From Candidatus Kaiserbacteria bacterium (GTDB lineage Bacteria; Patescibacteriota; Minisyncoccia; Phycocordibacterales; UBA2100): a DNA stretch of 50,122 bases. A model generated the notes under the pieces. The model did not search any database. It saw nothing but the letters and a program-made list of their open reading frames with translations, and was not told the origin of the DNA. How positions within the stretch are numbered: the first letter of the stretch is position 1; every line of letters begins with the position of its first letter. Location of the stretch: assembly GCA_003164215.1 (NCBI GenBank), contig PLSR01000019.1:1-50122 (forward strand), read 5' to 3'. The position numbers and the translations under genes were made by a program. This document shows positions 1 to 8,608 of the stretch, piece by piece.

Positions 1-11
1 GTAGTTGGGAG

Positions 12-491
12 CTAAGTCAGCTCGGTGAGGAGATCTTCGAGATCCAAGGGTGCCGTGATCATTTCGACCATGCCGTCGTTGCCGACTTTCCACGTATCGC
101 GCGGCCGGTCCGCATAGAGCTCGACGCCGATCGAATCCGGATCATTGAGATAGATCGCCTCCGATACGCCATGGTCTGCCGTGCCCGTGAGCGGATACCC
201 GGCATCAATGAGCCGCTTCAAGACGAGCGCCAATTCTTTGCGCGTCGGGAAAAGTATCGCGAAGTGATACAAGCCCGAATGCCCCTGCGCCGGAGGCGTC
301 GCGCCCTTCCCCGCCCAGGTATTGAGACCGATGTGATGATGATACCCGCCGGCGGAAAGGAACACCGCCGAATCTCCGTAGCGCGCCGTGACCTCGAAGC
401 CGAGGATGTCGCGGTAGAACGCGAGCGAGCGCTCAAGGTCCGCGACCGTGAGATGCACATGGCCGATCGTCGTTTCAGGATGTGCTTTCAT
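12..491 (-). CDS. VOC/glyoxalase family protein (CatE-like)
   Basis: IGHVHLTVADLERSLAFY, GGYHHHIGLNTW, GLYHFAIL and DHGVSEAIYLNDPD motifs. Confidence 0.9.
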   Translation of the reverse strand: MKAHPETTIGHVHLTVADLERSLAFYRDILGFEVTARYGDSAVFLSAGGYHHHIGLNTWAGKGATPPAQGHSGLYHFAILFPTRKELALVLKRLIDAGYPLTGTADHGVSEAIYLNDPDSIGVELYADRPRDTWKVGNDGMVEMITAPLDLEDLLTELT

Positions 492-492
492 A

Positions 493-1017
493 TCAATCCT
501 CTCGCTCTAAAACTGGAAAATATTTCTCGACGAGCGCCTCGTATTCCTCATACACCTCGGGCGATATATTCCACTCTGCTAACGACATCAAGGGTTCGAA
601 GACGAGTCCGCGCTTGGGCTGGCTGAAGTTCTTGAAGTAGGGCGGTCGGCAGATGCGGAAGTACGGCTTCTCGACGGAATTGATGAACACAATGAGCGCA
701 TTCCAATACTGCTCGACGCGCTCGAGCCGTTCGATCGTCTCATCATGCGGCGAATCAGTCGGATCGCGGCGGAATTTCACCTCCACCAAGGACGGCGTCC
801 CCGCCGTATCAATGACCACGAAATCCGGAATGGCCCGCAGACGCTCTCCCACTTCGCTCGTGCGATCAAAAGCTCCCTCGATCTGCGTGAGGTTCTGCAA
901 GACCGCCTCATACCCAAAGCGATACACCATATTCCCCGACCGTTTGAGCATCTCATCCACCAGCGTCTCCGCCATCCTCCCCTTCAACATATTCTCCGCC
1001 CAGTTTTGTTCCTGCAT
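493..1017 (-). CDS. Putative PD-(D/E)XK nuclease-fold protein
   Basis: G..AE helix then IPDFVV...LVEVKFR; start placed at MQEQ, just downstream of a TACTAT -10 box. Confidence 0.6.
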   Translation of the reverse strand: MQEQNWAENMLKGRMAETLVDEMLKRSGNMVYRFGYEAVLQNLTQIEGAFDRTSEVGERLRAIPDFVVIDTAGTPSLVEVKFRRDPTDSPHDETIERLERVEQYWNALIVFINSVEKPYFRICRPPYFKNFSQPKRGLVFEPLMSLAEWNISPEVYEEYEALVEKYFPVLERED

Positions 1018-1050
1018 ATCCCCATAGTACCATCCCGACTTATCCCCAGA

Positions 1051-1077
1051 AGTTACCAAGCTCTGAGCTTGGTAACT
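1051..1077. repeat. Palindromic REP-like repeat AGTTACCAAGCTC-T-GAGCTTGGTAACT (copy 1)
   Basis: Perfect 13-bp arms; related copies at 1799, 2774, 44686 and 44723. Confidence 0.85.
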
Positions 1078-1152
1078 GGCTTGCGCGATATAGCAATACT
1101 GCTATACTACAAAGAGGTCGGATTACAAGCTTCAATCGCATATTGGGGTCAT

Positions 1153-1452
1153 ATGCAGCTATATATGTTCGCCGACACAAGGGAATACCTTAATTCCCTT
1201 CAGGACTCGGCGCGTTCACAGGTAATGGAAGACATGCATCTGCTCGCTGTCACTGACGACAGAGCGGTGCGGACGAAACAACTGAAAGGTCAGATCCGAG
1301 AACTTATCGTCGGCGATCATCGACTCACCTACTTCAAAATCTTCGACACCTTGTATTTCGTCCGAGGATTCAGAAAGCAGAGCAGAAAGACGCCACCAGC
1401 GGAGATCGAATACGCGGAGAACGTTTACAAAATGGTAAAGCAAACGGTATGA
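1153..1452 (+). CDS. Type II TA RelE/ParE-like (Gp49/HigB-like) toxin
   Basis: 99 aa; TKQLKGQIREL..HRLTYF..GFRKQSRKTPPAEIEYA; ATGA overlap with the HTH gene. Confidence 0.8.
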   Translation: MQLYMFADTREYLNSLQDSARSQVMEDMHLLAVTDDRAVRTKQLKGQIRELIVGDHRLTYFKIFDTLYFVRGFRKQSRKTPPAEIEYAENVYKMVKQTV

Positions 1453-1784
1453 AAAAGAAACAAAAGAAAACATGGAGAAGCATTCCATTCAAAAAAGAGG
1501 ACATGGTTTTGTATCGCTTCGAGGATGTCATAAAAGAGTCGATGAAAAGTCCGGAATTCCGACGCGAATATACCCAAGCCCTACAGCGTATCAAACTAGC
1601 AAAGCAGCTCTATGACATCCGCAAGGCCAAACGAATGACGCAAAAGAACGTCGCCGACAAAGCATCGATGCCGCAATCGGTCATCGCGCGGCTCGAAAGC
1701 GGCGAGCACAGCGCCTCCATCGCAACCCTCGGCAAAGTCGCAAGCGCCCTCGGCAAACAGATCGCCCTCGTGGATGCGACGTAG
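1449..1784 (+). CDS. XRE-family HTH antitoxin (HigA-like)
   Basis: IRKAKRMTQKNVADKASMPQSVIARLESG HTH, downstream of the toxin. Confidence 0.85.
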   Translation: MKKKQKKTWRSIPFKKEDMVLYRFEDVIKESMKSPEFRREYTQALQRIKLAKQLYDIRKAKRMTQKNVADKASMPQSVIARLESGEHSASIATLGKVASALGKQIALVDAT

Positions 1785-1798
1785 TATTCCCCAGGTAG

Positions 1799-1819
1799 TA
1801 CCAAGCTCTGAGCTTTGTA
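1799..1819. repeat. TACCAAGCTCTGAGCTTTGTA palindrome (copy 2)
   Basis: Direct match to the 1051 repeat. Confidence 0.8.
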
Positions 1820-1820
1820 T

Positions 1821-2039
1821 TTAGGCAGTGCGACGCTTCCAACCTAATTCGGTAAGCACCTCGGTGAGCGTGCCTGCTTCTTGTAATTCTTCGAAAAAAA
1901 GTTCGACGACCTCGCTAAAGCGGCGCTTCACTTCGGCCATGTTCTTACCGCTCGTCGAAAGATCAAGCGCGGGCGTATAGGCAACGTAGCGCTTGCCATG
2001 CTTCGAAATATTGACGGAAAGAGATGTCTTGAGTTCCAT
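1821..2039 (-). CDS. HicB-like protein (short, possibly truncated)
   Basis: YVAYTPALDLSTSGKNMAEVKRRFSEVVELFFE; no HicA partner seen. Confidence 0.65.
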   Translation of the reverse strand: MELKTSLSVNISKHGKRYVAYTPALDLSTSGKNMAEVKRRFSEVVELFFEELQEAGTLTEVLTELGWKRRTA

Positions 2040-2085
2040 ACGAAGAATCGTAACAAAGTCTGTGTGGGCCTGCAATGAACCGCCG

Positions 2086-2120
2086 CTATTCGCCTATTCG
2101 CGCGAATTAGACTATAGAGA
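2086..2120. repeat. 35-bp direct repeat CTATTCGCCTATTCGCGCGAATTAGACTATAGAGA
   Basis: Identical copy at 2639-2673; variants at 2488-2522 and 2565-2585. Confidence 0.9.
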
Positions 2121-2121
2121 A

Positions 2122-2427
2122 TTAGAGAAGAGACAGGAGAGAGCGAGTCAGTTTGGGGAGGGAGATGGAGCCGGAGATCCGGTAGAACATATTGAGGCTG
2201 CGCTGATCTCGCTCGAGAATAGCGGCCGATGTGAGGATCGTGAGATGTTTTGAGGTCGCCCTGAAGGAAAGTTTGATCTCGTGTGCGATATCCCCCACCG
2301 ACGCTTCCTTGTGCCCTTTCAGAAATCGCACGATCGCGATCCGGCGCCTGTTGGCGAGCGCCTTGAATATCCGCTCCGTCGCGGAGAGATCTTTCGCACT
2401 ATTGACCCCGTACATGACCCCATTCAT
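2122..2427 (-). CDS. ArsR/SmtB-family winged-helix regulator
   Basis: FKALANRRRIAIV..ASVGDIA..ATSKHLTIL. Confidence 0.85.
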   Translation of the reverse strand: MNGVMYGVNSAKDLSATERIFKALANRRRIAIVRFLKGHKEASVGDIAHEIKLSFRATSKHLTILTSAAILERDQRSLNMFYRISGSISLPKLTRSLLSLL

Positions 2428-2638
2428 GCCTCACTATTCTACCACCGCGCGGCATGCACGCGGCCTGCATACCATTCGTGTGTTCAACTATTCGCCTATT
2501 CGCTTATTCGCGCGAATTAGACCTCAGAAAAAATAGGGACAAGAAAGTACGAGACCGACTGGTACTATTCGCTTATCGCGCGCGACCTACATTTCTCGAT
2601 CACGACGTGATCTTAGAAATGGGAAGTGCCCTTACATA

Positions 2639-2673
2639 CTATTCGCCTATTCGCGCGAATTAGACTATAGAGA
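2639..2673. repeat. 35-bp direct repeat (second identical copy)
   Basis: Identical to 2086-2120. Confidence 0.9.
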
Positions 2674-2743
2674 AATTAGGAAAGGAAGGACGGACGGAAG
2701 GGACGGGGCGAGGTGAATGGATGGTTCTCCTGCATATGCATCT

Positions 2744-2794
2744 ATAGTACCATCCCGACTTATCCCCAGAACCTACCAAGCTCCGAGCTTTGTA
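2744..2794. repeat. Duplicate of the 1024-1074 promoter plus palindrome unit
   Basis: 28 bp identical (ATAGTACCATCCCGACTTATCCCCAGAA) followed by TACCAAGCTCCGAGCTTTGTA. Confidence 0.85.
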
Positions 2795-2803
2795 ATTGTG
2801 TAG

Positions 2804-3718
2804 CTATACCAGAAGTGCATTAAGCTTTTCGCGTATCAACTCCAAATCCCCTACCAGCGGGCTCTTGGGCCACTTCTCGATAAGCGCAGTCATCGTGCGT
2901 ATGTAGTTCCCGAGGAGATCCTTTTTTGGGGCATTGAATCGCGTGAATATCTCTTCCCCGTTCGTCTCAAAATCAGTGAGAATTTCAGACGTGTTACTGA
3001 TGACATCAGCGGATTTCAGGAGAACTGAGTTATTCGAGAATGTCTTGATATGTTCAAGAGCTTCTTGCTTGCGGTCCGCCCAGGGGAGATCCCTTTTCGT
3101 CTCGGTGACACTTCCGACGAGCAGCGCGACCTCCGCGCCAAAACGTTCTTCTATCATTTCCCGCGTGACCTTTTTCGCCGGAATACTATCCTCCATCGTA
3201 TCGTGCAGTATTCCAGCAACAATGGTATCTTCATCCGCCCCCGCCCGAGCCAGAATGAGGCCGACAGTCAGTGGATGCGTGATGTACGGGATGTCTTTAC
3301 CTTTTCGCTTCTGTTTCTGATACACCTCGTGCGTCTTCATCGAGAATCGTACGGCCTTCTGAATCGCGATTGAATAGATCATACCGTTGGGTCCATTGTA
3401 GCCGACTGCGGTCTCATTCATACATTCAGCAATGATCTCGGCGCACAGCTCATCGGTAATGTACTTTCTCGCAGAAAACGGCACTTCCCCATCACCTTCT
3501 GTGAACGGATCTTCACCGAACATCGACCATAGCGCACTAAGCTTTTCGGGCGTTATATCCGGTCCATACATCTCCTTTAGGCTATTTCGCGTTATCCGTT
3601 TGCACGCCTCGATCGCTTCCGGCAAGCTTTCATACGAACCCCCCTCGTAGCGTTCACTCTCGTCCATGTAGTGATAGTTATCGTCTACAAAGACCCTATA
3701 CTTCTTATTCGTTGTCAT
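2804..3718 (-). CDS. HD-domain (RelA/SpoT hydrolase-like, HD_4) protein with an extra N-terminal domain
   Basis: QKRKGKDIPYITHPL..AGILHDTMED..LLKSADVISN; about 110 aa unknown N-terminus. Confidence 0.8.
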   Translation of the reverse strand: MTTNKKYRVFVDDNYHYMDESERYEGGSYESLPEAIEACKRITRNSLKEMYGPDITPEKLSALWSMFGEDPFTEGDGEVPFSARKYITDELCAEIIAECMNETAVGYNGPNGMIYSIAIQKAVRFSMKTHEVYQKQKRKGKDIPYITHPLTVGLILARAGADEDTIVAGILHDTMEDSIPAKKVTREMIEERFGAEVALLVGSVTETKRDLPWADRKQEALEHIKTFSNNSVLLKSADVISNTSEILTDFETNGEEIFTRFNAPKKDLLGNYIRTMTALIEKWPKSPLVGDLELIREKLNALLV

Positions 3719-3774
3719 ATTGCATTGTCTGTTTAATCTTTTAACGACTCTTAGACGTGCCGTTGCGACTACAA

Positions 3775-3955
3775 CAAACAAAAGCGGCTAAGAGAATTAG
3801 TCCAGCTCGATCGCTGAACGAAATCTCCCAACCGCTTTAGTGGTCAGTCATCTATCTCATGTGGCTCCTCGCAGATTTCCCAAGTTGCCTACCCTTTCGG
3901 GAGAGATAAACGGTTCGCAGACTGGCGAACTCAGTGGTAAGTAATCAAAGAACTA
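3775..3955 (-). ncRNA. Putative structured RNA or leader ending in an intrinsic terminator
   Basis: TGcTATACT extended -10 at about 3963-3971; stems GTTCGC/GCGAAC, TTTATCTC/GAGATAGA, CCC-GAAA-GGG; long hairpin 3781-3838 followed by a T-tract. Confidence 0.45.
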
Positions 3956-3985
3956 CTCTTATAGTATAGCACGATTTTCCCCTTC

Positions 3986-4034
3986 CCGCCATCCTCCCGT
4001 TCAACATATTTTCAGCGTAATGATTTTTGTTCAT
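3986..4034 (-). pseudogene. 5' remnant of a homolog of the 493-1017 gene
   Basis: MNKNHYAENMLNGRMA versus MQEQNWAENMLKGRMA; similarity stops abruptly. Confidence 0.7.
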
Positions 4035-4089
4035 ACGGTAATATTACAATTTGATTCCTTATCACGGAGGTTGCGGCTATAATGTGCCC

Positions 4090-4791
4090 ATGAGTGATTT
4101 CAGCATCTACTGCGACGAAAGCAATCATCTGGAAAGGGATGGTATATCTGCTATGGTTTTAGGGGCTGTATATGGACCTTCTGAAAAGATTAAGGCCGCA
4201 AATAAGCGCATACGGGAAATAAAGGAAAAGCACAAAATCGGCCCAACCACTGAAGTGAAATGGACAAAAGTTGCACCTAACAAGATAGCTTTTTATCTCG
4301 ATGTAATCGACTATTTCTTTGATAATGACGACCTTCACTTTCGAGCATTGATCGTAAACAAAGACAATCTTGATCATGAAAAATATAACCAAACGCACGA
4401 TGAGTTTTACTACAAAATGTACTTCGAGCTTCTAAGCAAGATTCTTGATCCTCAACAGAAGTATTACATTTATCTTGATATAAAAGACACACGAGGGAGT
4501 CGGAAAGTAAAAAAACTGAGAGACGTGCTGAGTAATAACATGTATGACTTCGGCGGAAATATCATCAAACGAATTCAGCAGGTACGGTCGAATGAAATTG
4601 AGATTTTGCAACTCACCGATCTGCTTATAGGCGCGATGCAATTCTTAAATCGATCAGACGTTAAAAGCGAAGCTAAAAAAACAATAGTCGAAAGAATGAA
4701 GGCACGATCCGGTTATGATCTCTCAAAGTCTACTCTCGTGCGGGAACCAAAGACAAACATTTTTTACTGGGGAGTATATAACCATGCGTAA
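4090..4791 (+). CDS. DUF3800-family (RNase H-like fold) protein
   Basis: IYCDESNHL, EVKWTKV, YIYLDIKDT, ILQLTDLLIGA; TATAAT 6 nt before the ATG. Confidence 0.85.
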   Translation: MSDFSIYCDESNHLERDGISAMVLGAVYGPSEKIKAANKRIREIKEKHKIGPTTEVKWTKVAPNKIAFYLDVIDYFFDNDDLHFRALIVNKDNLDHEKYNQTHDEFYYKMYFELLSKILDPQQKYYIYLDIKDTRGSRKVKKLRDVLSNNMYDFGGNIIKRIQQVRSNEIEILQLTDLLIGAMQFLNRSDVKSEAKKTIVERMKARSGYDLSKSTLVREPKTNIFYWGVYNHA

Positions 4792-5306
4792 TGTTTATGA
4801 GTTCCCCCCTCCCGGATTGGCTTGATCCTCTTGTGTGCCTTACAGATTTTGACGGAGACCCGAAGGCATATATAGAACACCTCTATACTCTATTCGTGAG
4901 GGATTTTATTACTACCAGGCCACAGTTTAAGGATGCCCCGGTGTTGTTCGACCGTATAATTGAAAGCGGAAAACCAAGAACGTTCACACACATCACTACT
5001 GAGGAGGACAGGGCGACCGGCGATAGAGTACTATCACTGCGAAGATGCGAACGTATCGGTTGGATAAAGGCAATCATCGAACACGTCAATGATCCTGCTA
5101 TTCTTTTTTGGGAGAAGGAACACTTTGCTCCACAAAGAAAAGCCAACCGACTCTACTTCTTTCTAGAGTGTGACAATTTTTTGGTAATTATTGAAGAGAA
5201 AAAGAGCGGACACTTTATGATAACGGCAATCTACGTCGACAATCCTAATCAGAAAAGAAAGCACTTAAAGGCTTACGAGGAGTATAGAAAAATCCAAGGA
5301 TCATAG
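4791..5306 (+). CDS. DUF3800-partner protein (possible RelE/PBECR-like nuclease fold)
   Basis: TAATG-coupled to DUF3800; FTHITT..RRCERIGWIKAIIE..FMITAIY. Confidence 0.65.
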   Translation: MFMSSPLPDWLDPLVCLTDFDGDPKAYIEHLYTLFVRDFITTRPQFKDAPVLFDRIIESGKPRTFTHITTEEDRATGDRVLSLRRCERIGWIKAIIEHVNDPAILFWEKEHFAPQRKANRLYFFLECDNFLVIIEEKKSGHFMITAIYVDNPNQKRKHLKAYEEYRKIQGS

Positions 5307-5314
5307 CCAAAAGG

Positions 5315-5372
5315 CAAGAAACCGCCAAGATAGGCGGTTTCAAGAACTCTTTTTACACTAGGTAAATGAGAT
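5315..5372 (-). ncRNA. Putative small RNA convergent with the DUF3800 operon
   Basis: TTGAAA(5407-5402)-17 bp-TATACT(5384-5379); CTC/TTTAC..GTAAA/GAG stem then GAAACCGCC/GGCGGTTTC hairpin. Confidence 0.55.
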
Positions 5373-5444
5373 AACCGAAGTATAGGCCATTTAGGGTTAA
5401 ATTTCAATGAACTGTGGATAAGTATGTGCTTATCAAAAGTCGCT

Positions 5445-8400
5445 CTAAAAGGTGGTAGTTTCATCAATTTCTTTCATTATGCGAACCGTTTCGGATAGTG
5501 CGACGATCATTTTTTGATAGTGTTCTATATCTTCATTGGAAAGTGTCCTCCCCTTTCGATCTTTAAGCCACTTCTGTGCTGGTTGATAGCCACCGATATA
5601 AAAATTGTATGCAATGGCAGGCACGTTGCCGAAAAATTGTTCTTTGTTGATATAGACATTTCCGTCTTTGTATTCGATTTTTTCTACCATATTGGAGCCG
5701 TCGATCGGATAAGTCGTGATGAACTGATTAACCTTTGGTGATTCGAGAAGATGTAGAGTACGTAATTCCCGGCCGAGTGTGACGAACCTCTCAAACTGCG
5801 TCTTATCAGTTGGATATGGAACGCGCGGAAAATCTACACGCAAAAACTCTTTGTACTTCTCCCGATATTCAGGAGAATGTAGGAAAGCATAAATATAATA
5901 AAGAATGTCCTCCGCATTAACTTTTCCAACAATTTCTTGAATACTTTCGACGATCGATTGCCTGAGATTCAATGTGCGAGTTCCATCCTCGTTAAAACAA
6001 TACAATGGAAAAACAACCCCACCTCCTCTCCGAAATATATTTAGATCGACGAGACTTTTGGAAATGAACAAAACATCCCAATTTGGTCCTCCAGCAGCAA
6101 CTGATTGACGTCCAATAATTAGAGCGACATTATCTCCCCTTACCATGTGTCGCATCACTCTATTTTGCCATTCCTGCACAAGATATTGCTGATAATAAAC
6201 TTGGCGATTATCAAATGGCCTTGCAAGGAAATTATTGATGAGATCTGATTGATAAGTGAACCTTTCTTTAAATTCCTTAATTACAAACTTCCTAAAATCT
6301 TTAATCGAAAAAACTTTTTTAACCTCATCGACTGAGGTATTTGGATCATAAAATCTCTTTATTCGTCCTGATAACTCATCGTGGAGCAGATCGGTCGCAA
6401 ACGCATCACGACCTGTCATAAAACCCAGTGAGTTTTCGAGAAATAGTTCCTTGATCAGGAATCCGCGTTCATAATCTGAATAACCAGTCTGGTCCTTAAG
6501 ATCAAAAAATATTTGTTTCTTATCAAGTTTAAGTGGCACCCAAGTAATATTTGAAGCATCTAGTGCACTGAATTTTGAAATTCTGCTCCCGTATAAATCT
6601 GAGTGTGACACCATGGCAAGATCCGAGGCTTTCTTCTCCCCTGTCTTTATTGCGAGTAATATTGCGACCCCCTGCATGATATCGAAAATATTTTCGTCTT
6701 TAGATCCATTTAACGATGTTTCCTGCCTCTTTGCATTGCCATGTAAATCTAAAATGAAAATTTTGTCGAACGTCTTGGCCAAATGCCATCGCATTCCCCT
6801 AAATGTTGGTCCATCCAGATAACTATGGTCCGTAATCATAGCAATGACTCCTGAGCCATTTTTTTCTATCATATCCTCAGCTAGCGCTATGAATTTCACA
6901 TAATCATTTTTCAGCCATATTTTTCTTTCTTTTAGCGGCAATACTCCCCCAGGTTCATAGCGATATTTATTAACAAGAGAATTTGCATATTCGGAGTCAT
7001 TACTACTTACTCCAGCATATGGTGGGTTACCCATGATAACCATGATGGGTAGTTCGTTTTTGACTTTATTTGCCTGATTAGATTCCTCCGTAATCGCCTT
7101 TCCAAAGCCGATATCGAACAGTGTTTTTTGTTCTTCCTCTCCTTTTTCGAGTGAATTTGTGAGATAAATTCCAAGCCGCGCATTTTCGATCTTTGCCCCC
7201 GACTCTTGAATTGTCGACGAGAGTTTGAGATGGGCGATGGTGTATGAAGCCATCATCAGCTCGAAGCCATGCAATCGCGGCAAAAGGTCGCTATTAACAT
7301 ATTGGCTCCAGCGGCCCTCTTGGCTCTCAAACGTTTTGCGAATATGGAGTATTACTTCGTTGAGAAATGTGCCGGTGCCCGTTGCGGGGTCAAGAATTTG
7401 CACTTTATGCACCTGCTCTTTCTTTTTCTTCCCCTGTTCTTCTCTCGTTATCTCAATCTTGGATGCATCGGCAAGACCTTGCGGAAGATCGAACTCTTTT
7501 TTAAGGATGTCATCGACTGCGCGGACGATAAAATGCACAACGGGTAGCGGCGTATAGAAAACGCCCATCTTCTTACGCTCGACAGAATCATATGCCTGCA
7601 GGAAGTCTTCGTAGAAATGGATGATTGGGTCGCGACTGCTGTCACGTTCCACTTTGTAGTAATTGTGGACGATTGCCTGCACATCAGCGTGTGTGAATTC
7701 TTCGCATAATTCGTTGACGATCATCTCGATGCGCGAATCGAACGACGGCCCCGCGATGTGGTCGAAAAAATGCCGTAGAAATGGGTTAGATGCGGGCACG
7801 AGATCGCGCGCCTTTTGGCGTGAGAACGTATCATCGGACTTTTCGTCATAATAACGAGCCGCGAAAAGCCCATAGACGAGCGTCTGTGCATACATATCGG
7901 CAAATTTTGCTTTGTCGAGATCGGCGAGCAGGAGTTTCTTGATCACTTCATAGACAGCCAAGAGATTCTCATTTTTTGCGTTGTTTTCGTCTGCGAGAAA
8001 TTTCTTGATGTTGTCGCGGATGCGGCGTGCTTTGCCCGCCATCACCTTTGCCAAGACTGTGCCTGATTTGATCGGTTCTTTGGATTCTTTGATGAAATCC
8101 TTGACGGTGTCTTCAAGGAGTTGGAATGACGATTCAAATGTCGCGATCGTGTCTCCCTGAAGTTTCCCAATGACTATCGGGTCGGCGTACGGCGCGGTGT
8201 TCCGATAGAACCGAAATTCAAGACCGTTGGTGAGAATAATATTTGAGTAGCCATAGTACCTATCCATCTGTTCGCTTTTTTCTATATCGTCGAGCACGAC
8301 ATTCACATCCTTTGCTTCGGCATAGGCGATGACAACTTTCCCTTTGAGAAATACGAAATCGGGCGCTCCGTATTCACTGCGCTTCGGTTCGTTGATTACG

Positions 8401-8522
8401 ATGAGTCCAGTGATGCCTTCAAACAGTTCCTTTAGAGCAGGGCGGTACGAATGTTCTCGCGCATGGCCACTCGCATGGGTTTCAATGACCTTGGCTATGA
8501 AAGTTCCGACCGGCTTAGGCAT
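5445..8522 (-). CDS. Type IIG-like restriction-modification enzyme (nuclease, N6-adenine MTase, type-ISP-like C-terminal specificity domain)
   Basis: GAPDF..YAEAK, GVFYTP, ILDPATGTGTF, GNPPY, IGGYQPAQKWLKDRK; no helicase motifs. Confidence 0.9.
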   Translation of the reverse strand: MPKPVGTFIAKVIETHASGHAREHSYRPALKELFEGITGLIVINEPKRSEYGAPDFVFLKGKVVIAYAEAKDVNVVLDDIEKSEQMDRYYGYSNIILTNGLEFRFYRNTAPYADPIVIGKLQGDTIATFESSFQLLEDTVKDFIKESKEPIKSGTVLAKVMAGKARRIRDNIKKFLADENNAKNENLLAVYEVIKKLLLADLDKAKFADMYAQTLVYGLFAARYYDEKSDDTFSRQKARDLVPASNPFLRHFFDHIAGPSFDSRIEMIVNELCEEFTHADVQAIVHNYYKVERDSSRDPIIHFYEDFLQAYDSVERKKMGVFYTPLPVVHFIVRAVDDILKKEFDLPQGLADASKIEITREEQGKKKKEQVHKVQILDPATGTGTFLNEVILHIRKTFESQEGRWSQYVNSDLLPRLHGFELMMASYTIAHLKLSSTIQESGAKIENARLGIYLTNSLEKGEEEQKTLFDIGFGKAITEESNQANKVKNELPIMVIMGNPPYAGVSSNDSEYANSLVNKYRYEPGGVLPLKERKIWLKNDYVKFIALAEDMIEKNGSGVIAMITDHSYLDGPTFRGMRWHLAKTFDKIFILDLHGNAKRQETSLNGSKDENIFDIMQGVAILLAIKTGEKKASDLAMVSHSDLYGSRISKFSALDASNITWVPLKLDKKQIFFDLKDQTGYSDYERGFLIKELFLENSLGFMTGRDAFATDLLHDELSGRIKRFYDPNTSVDEVKKVFSIKDFRKFVIKEFKERFTYQSDLINNFLARPFDNRQVYYQQYLVQEWQNRVMRHMVRGDNVALIIGRQSVAAGGPNWDVLFISKSLVDLNIFRRGGGVVFPLYCFNEDGTRTLNLRQSIVESIQEIVGKVNAEDILYYIYAFLHSPEYREKYKEFLRVDFPRVPYPTDKTQFERFVTLGRELRTLHLLESPKVNQFITTYPIDGSNMVEKIEYKDGNVYINKEQFFGNVPAIAYNFYIGGYQPAQKWLKDRKGRTLSNEDIEHYQKMIVALSETVRIMKEIDETTTF

Positions 8523-8608
8523 TAAGCCGAATCATCCCACAAATCTTCATGTTTGAAAATCTCCCCGGCGTACGGGTACAAAAGTATCAATCCGATGCAG
8601 CGAACGCT

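Noticed and set aside
2086-2673. CRISPR array or integron attC sites
   Set aside because: Irregular spacing, no RYYYAAC/GTTRRRY boxes and no integron integrase
3850-3945. ZTP riboswitch, SAM-I, c-di-GMP-I or HDV-like ribozyme
   Set aside because: Only short motifs (GACTGGCG, TCCTCGC, GGCAAC) match; the required pairings and 3' elements are missing
5445-8522. Full type ISP enzyme
   Set aside because: No SF2 helicase motifs and too short
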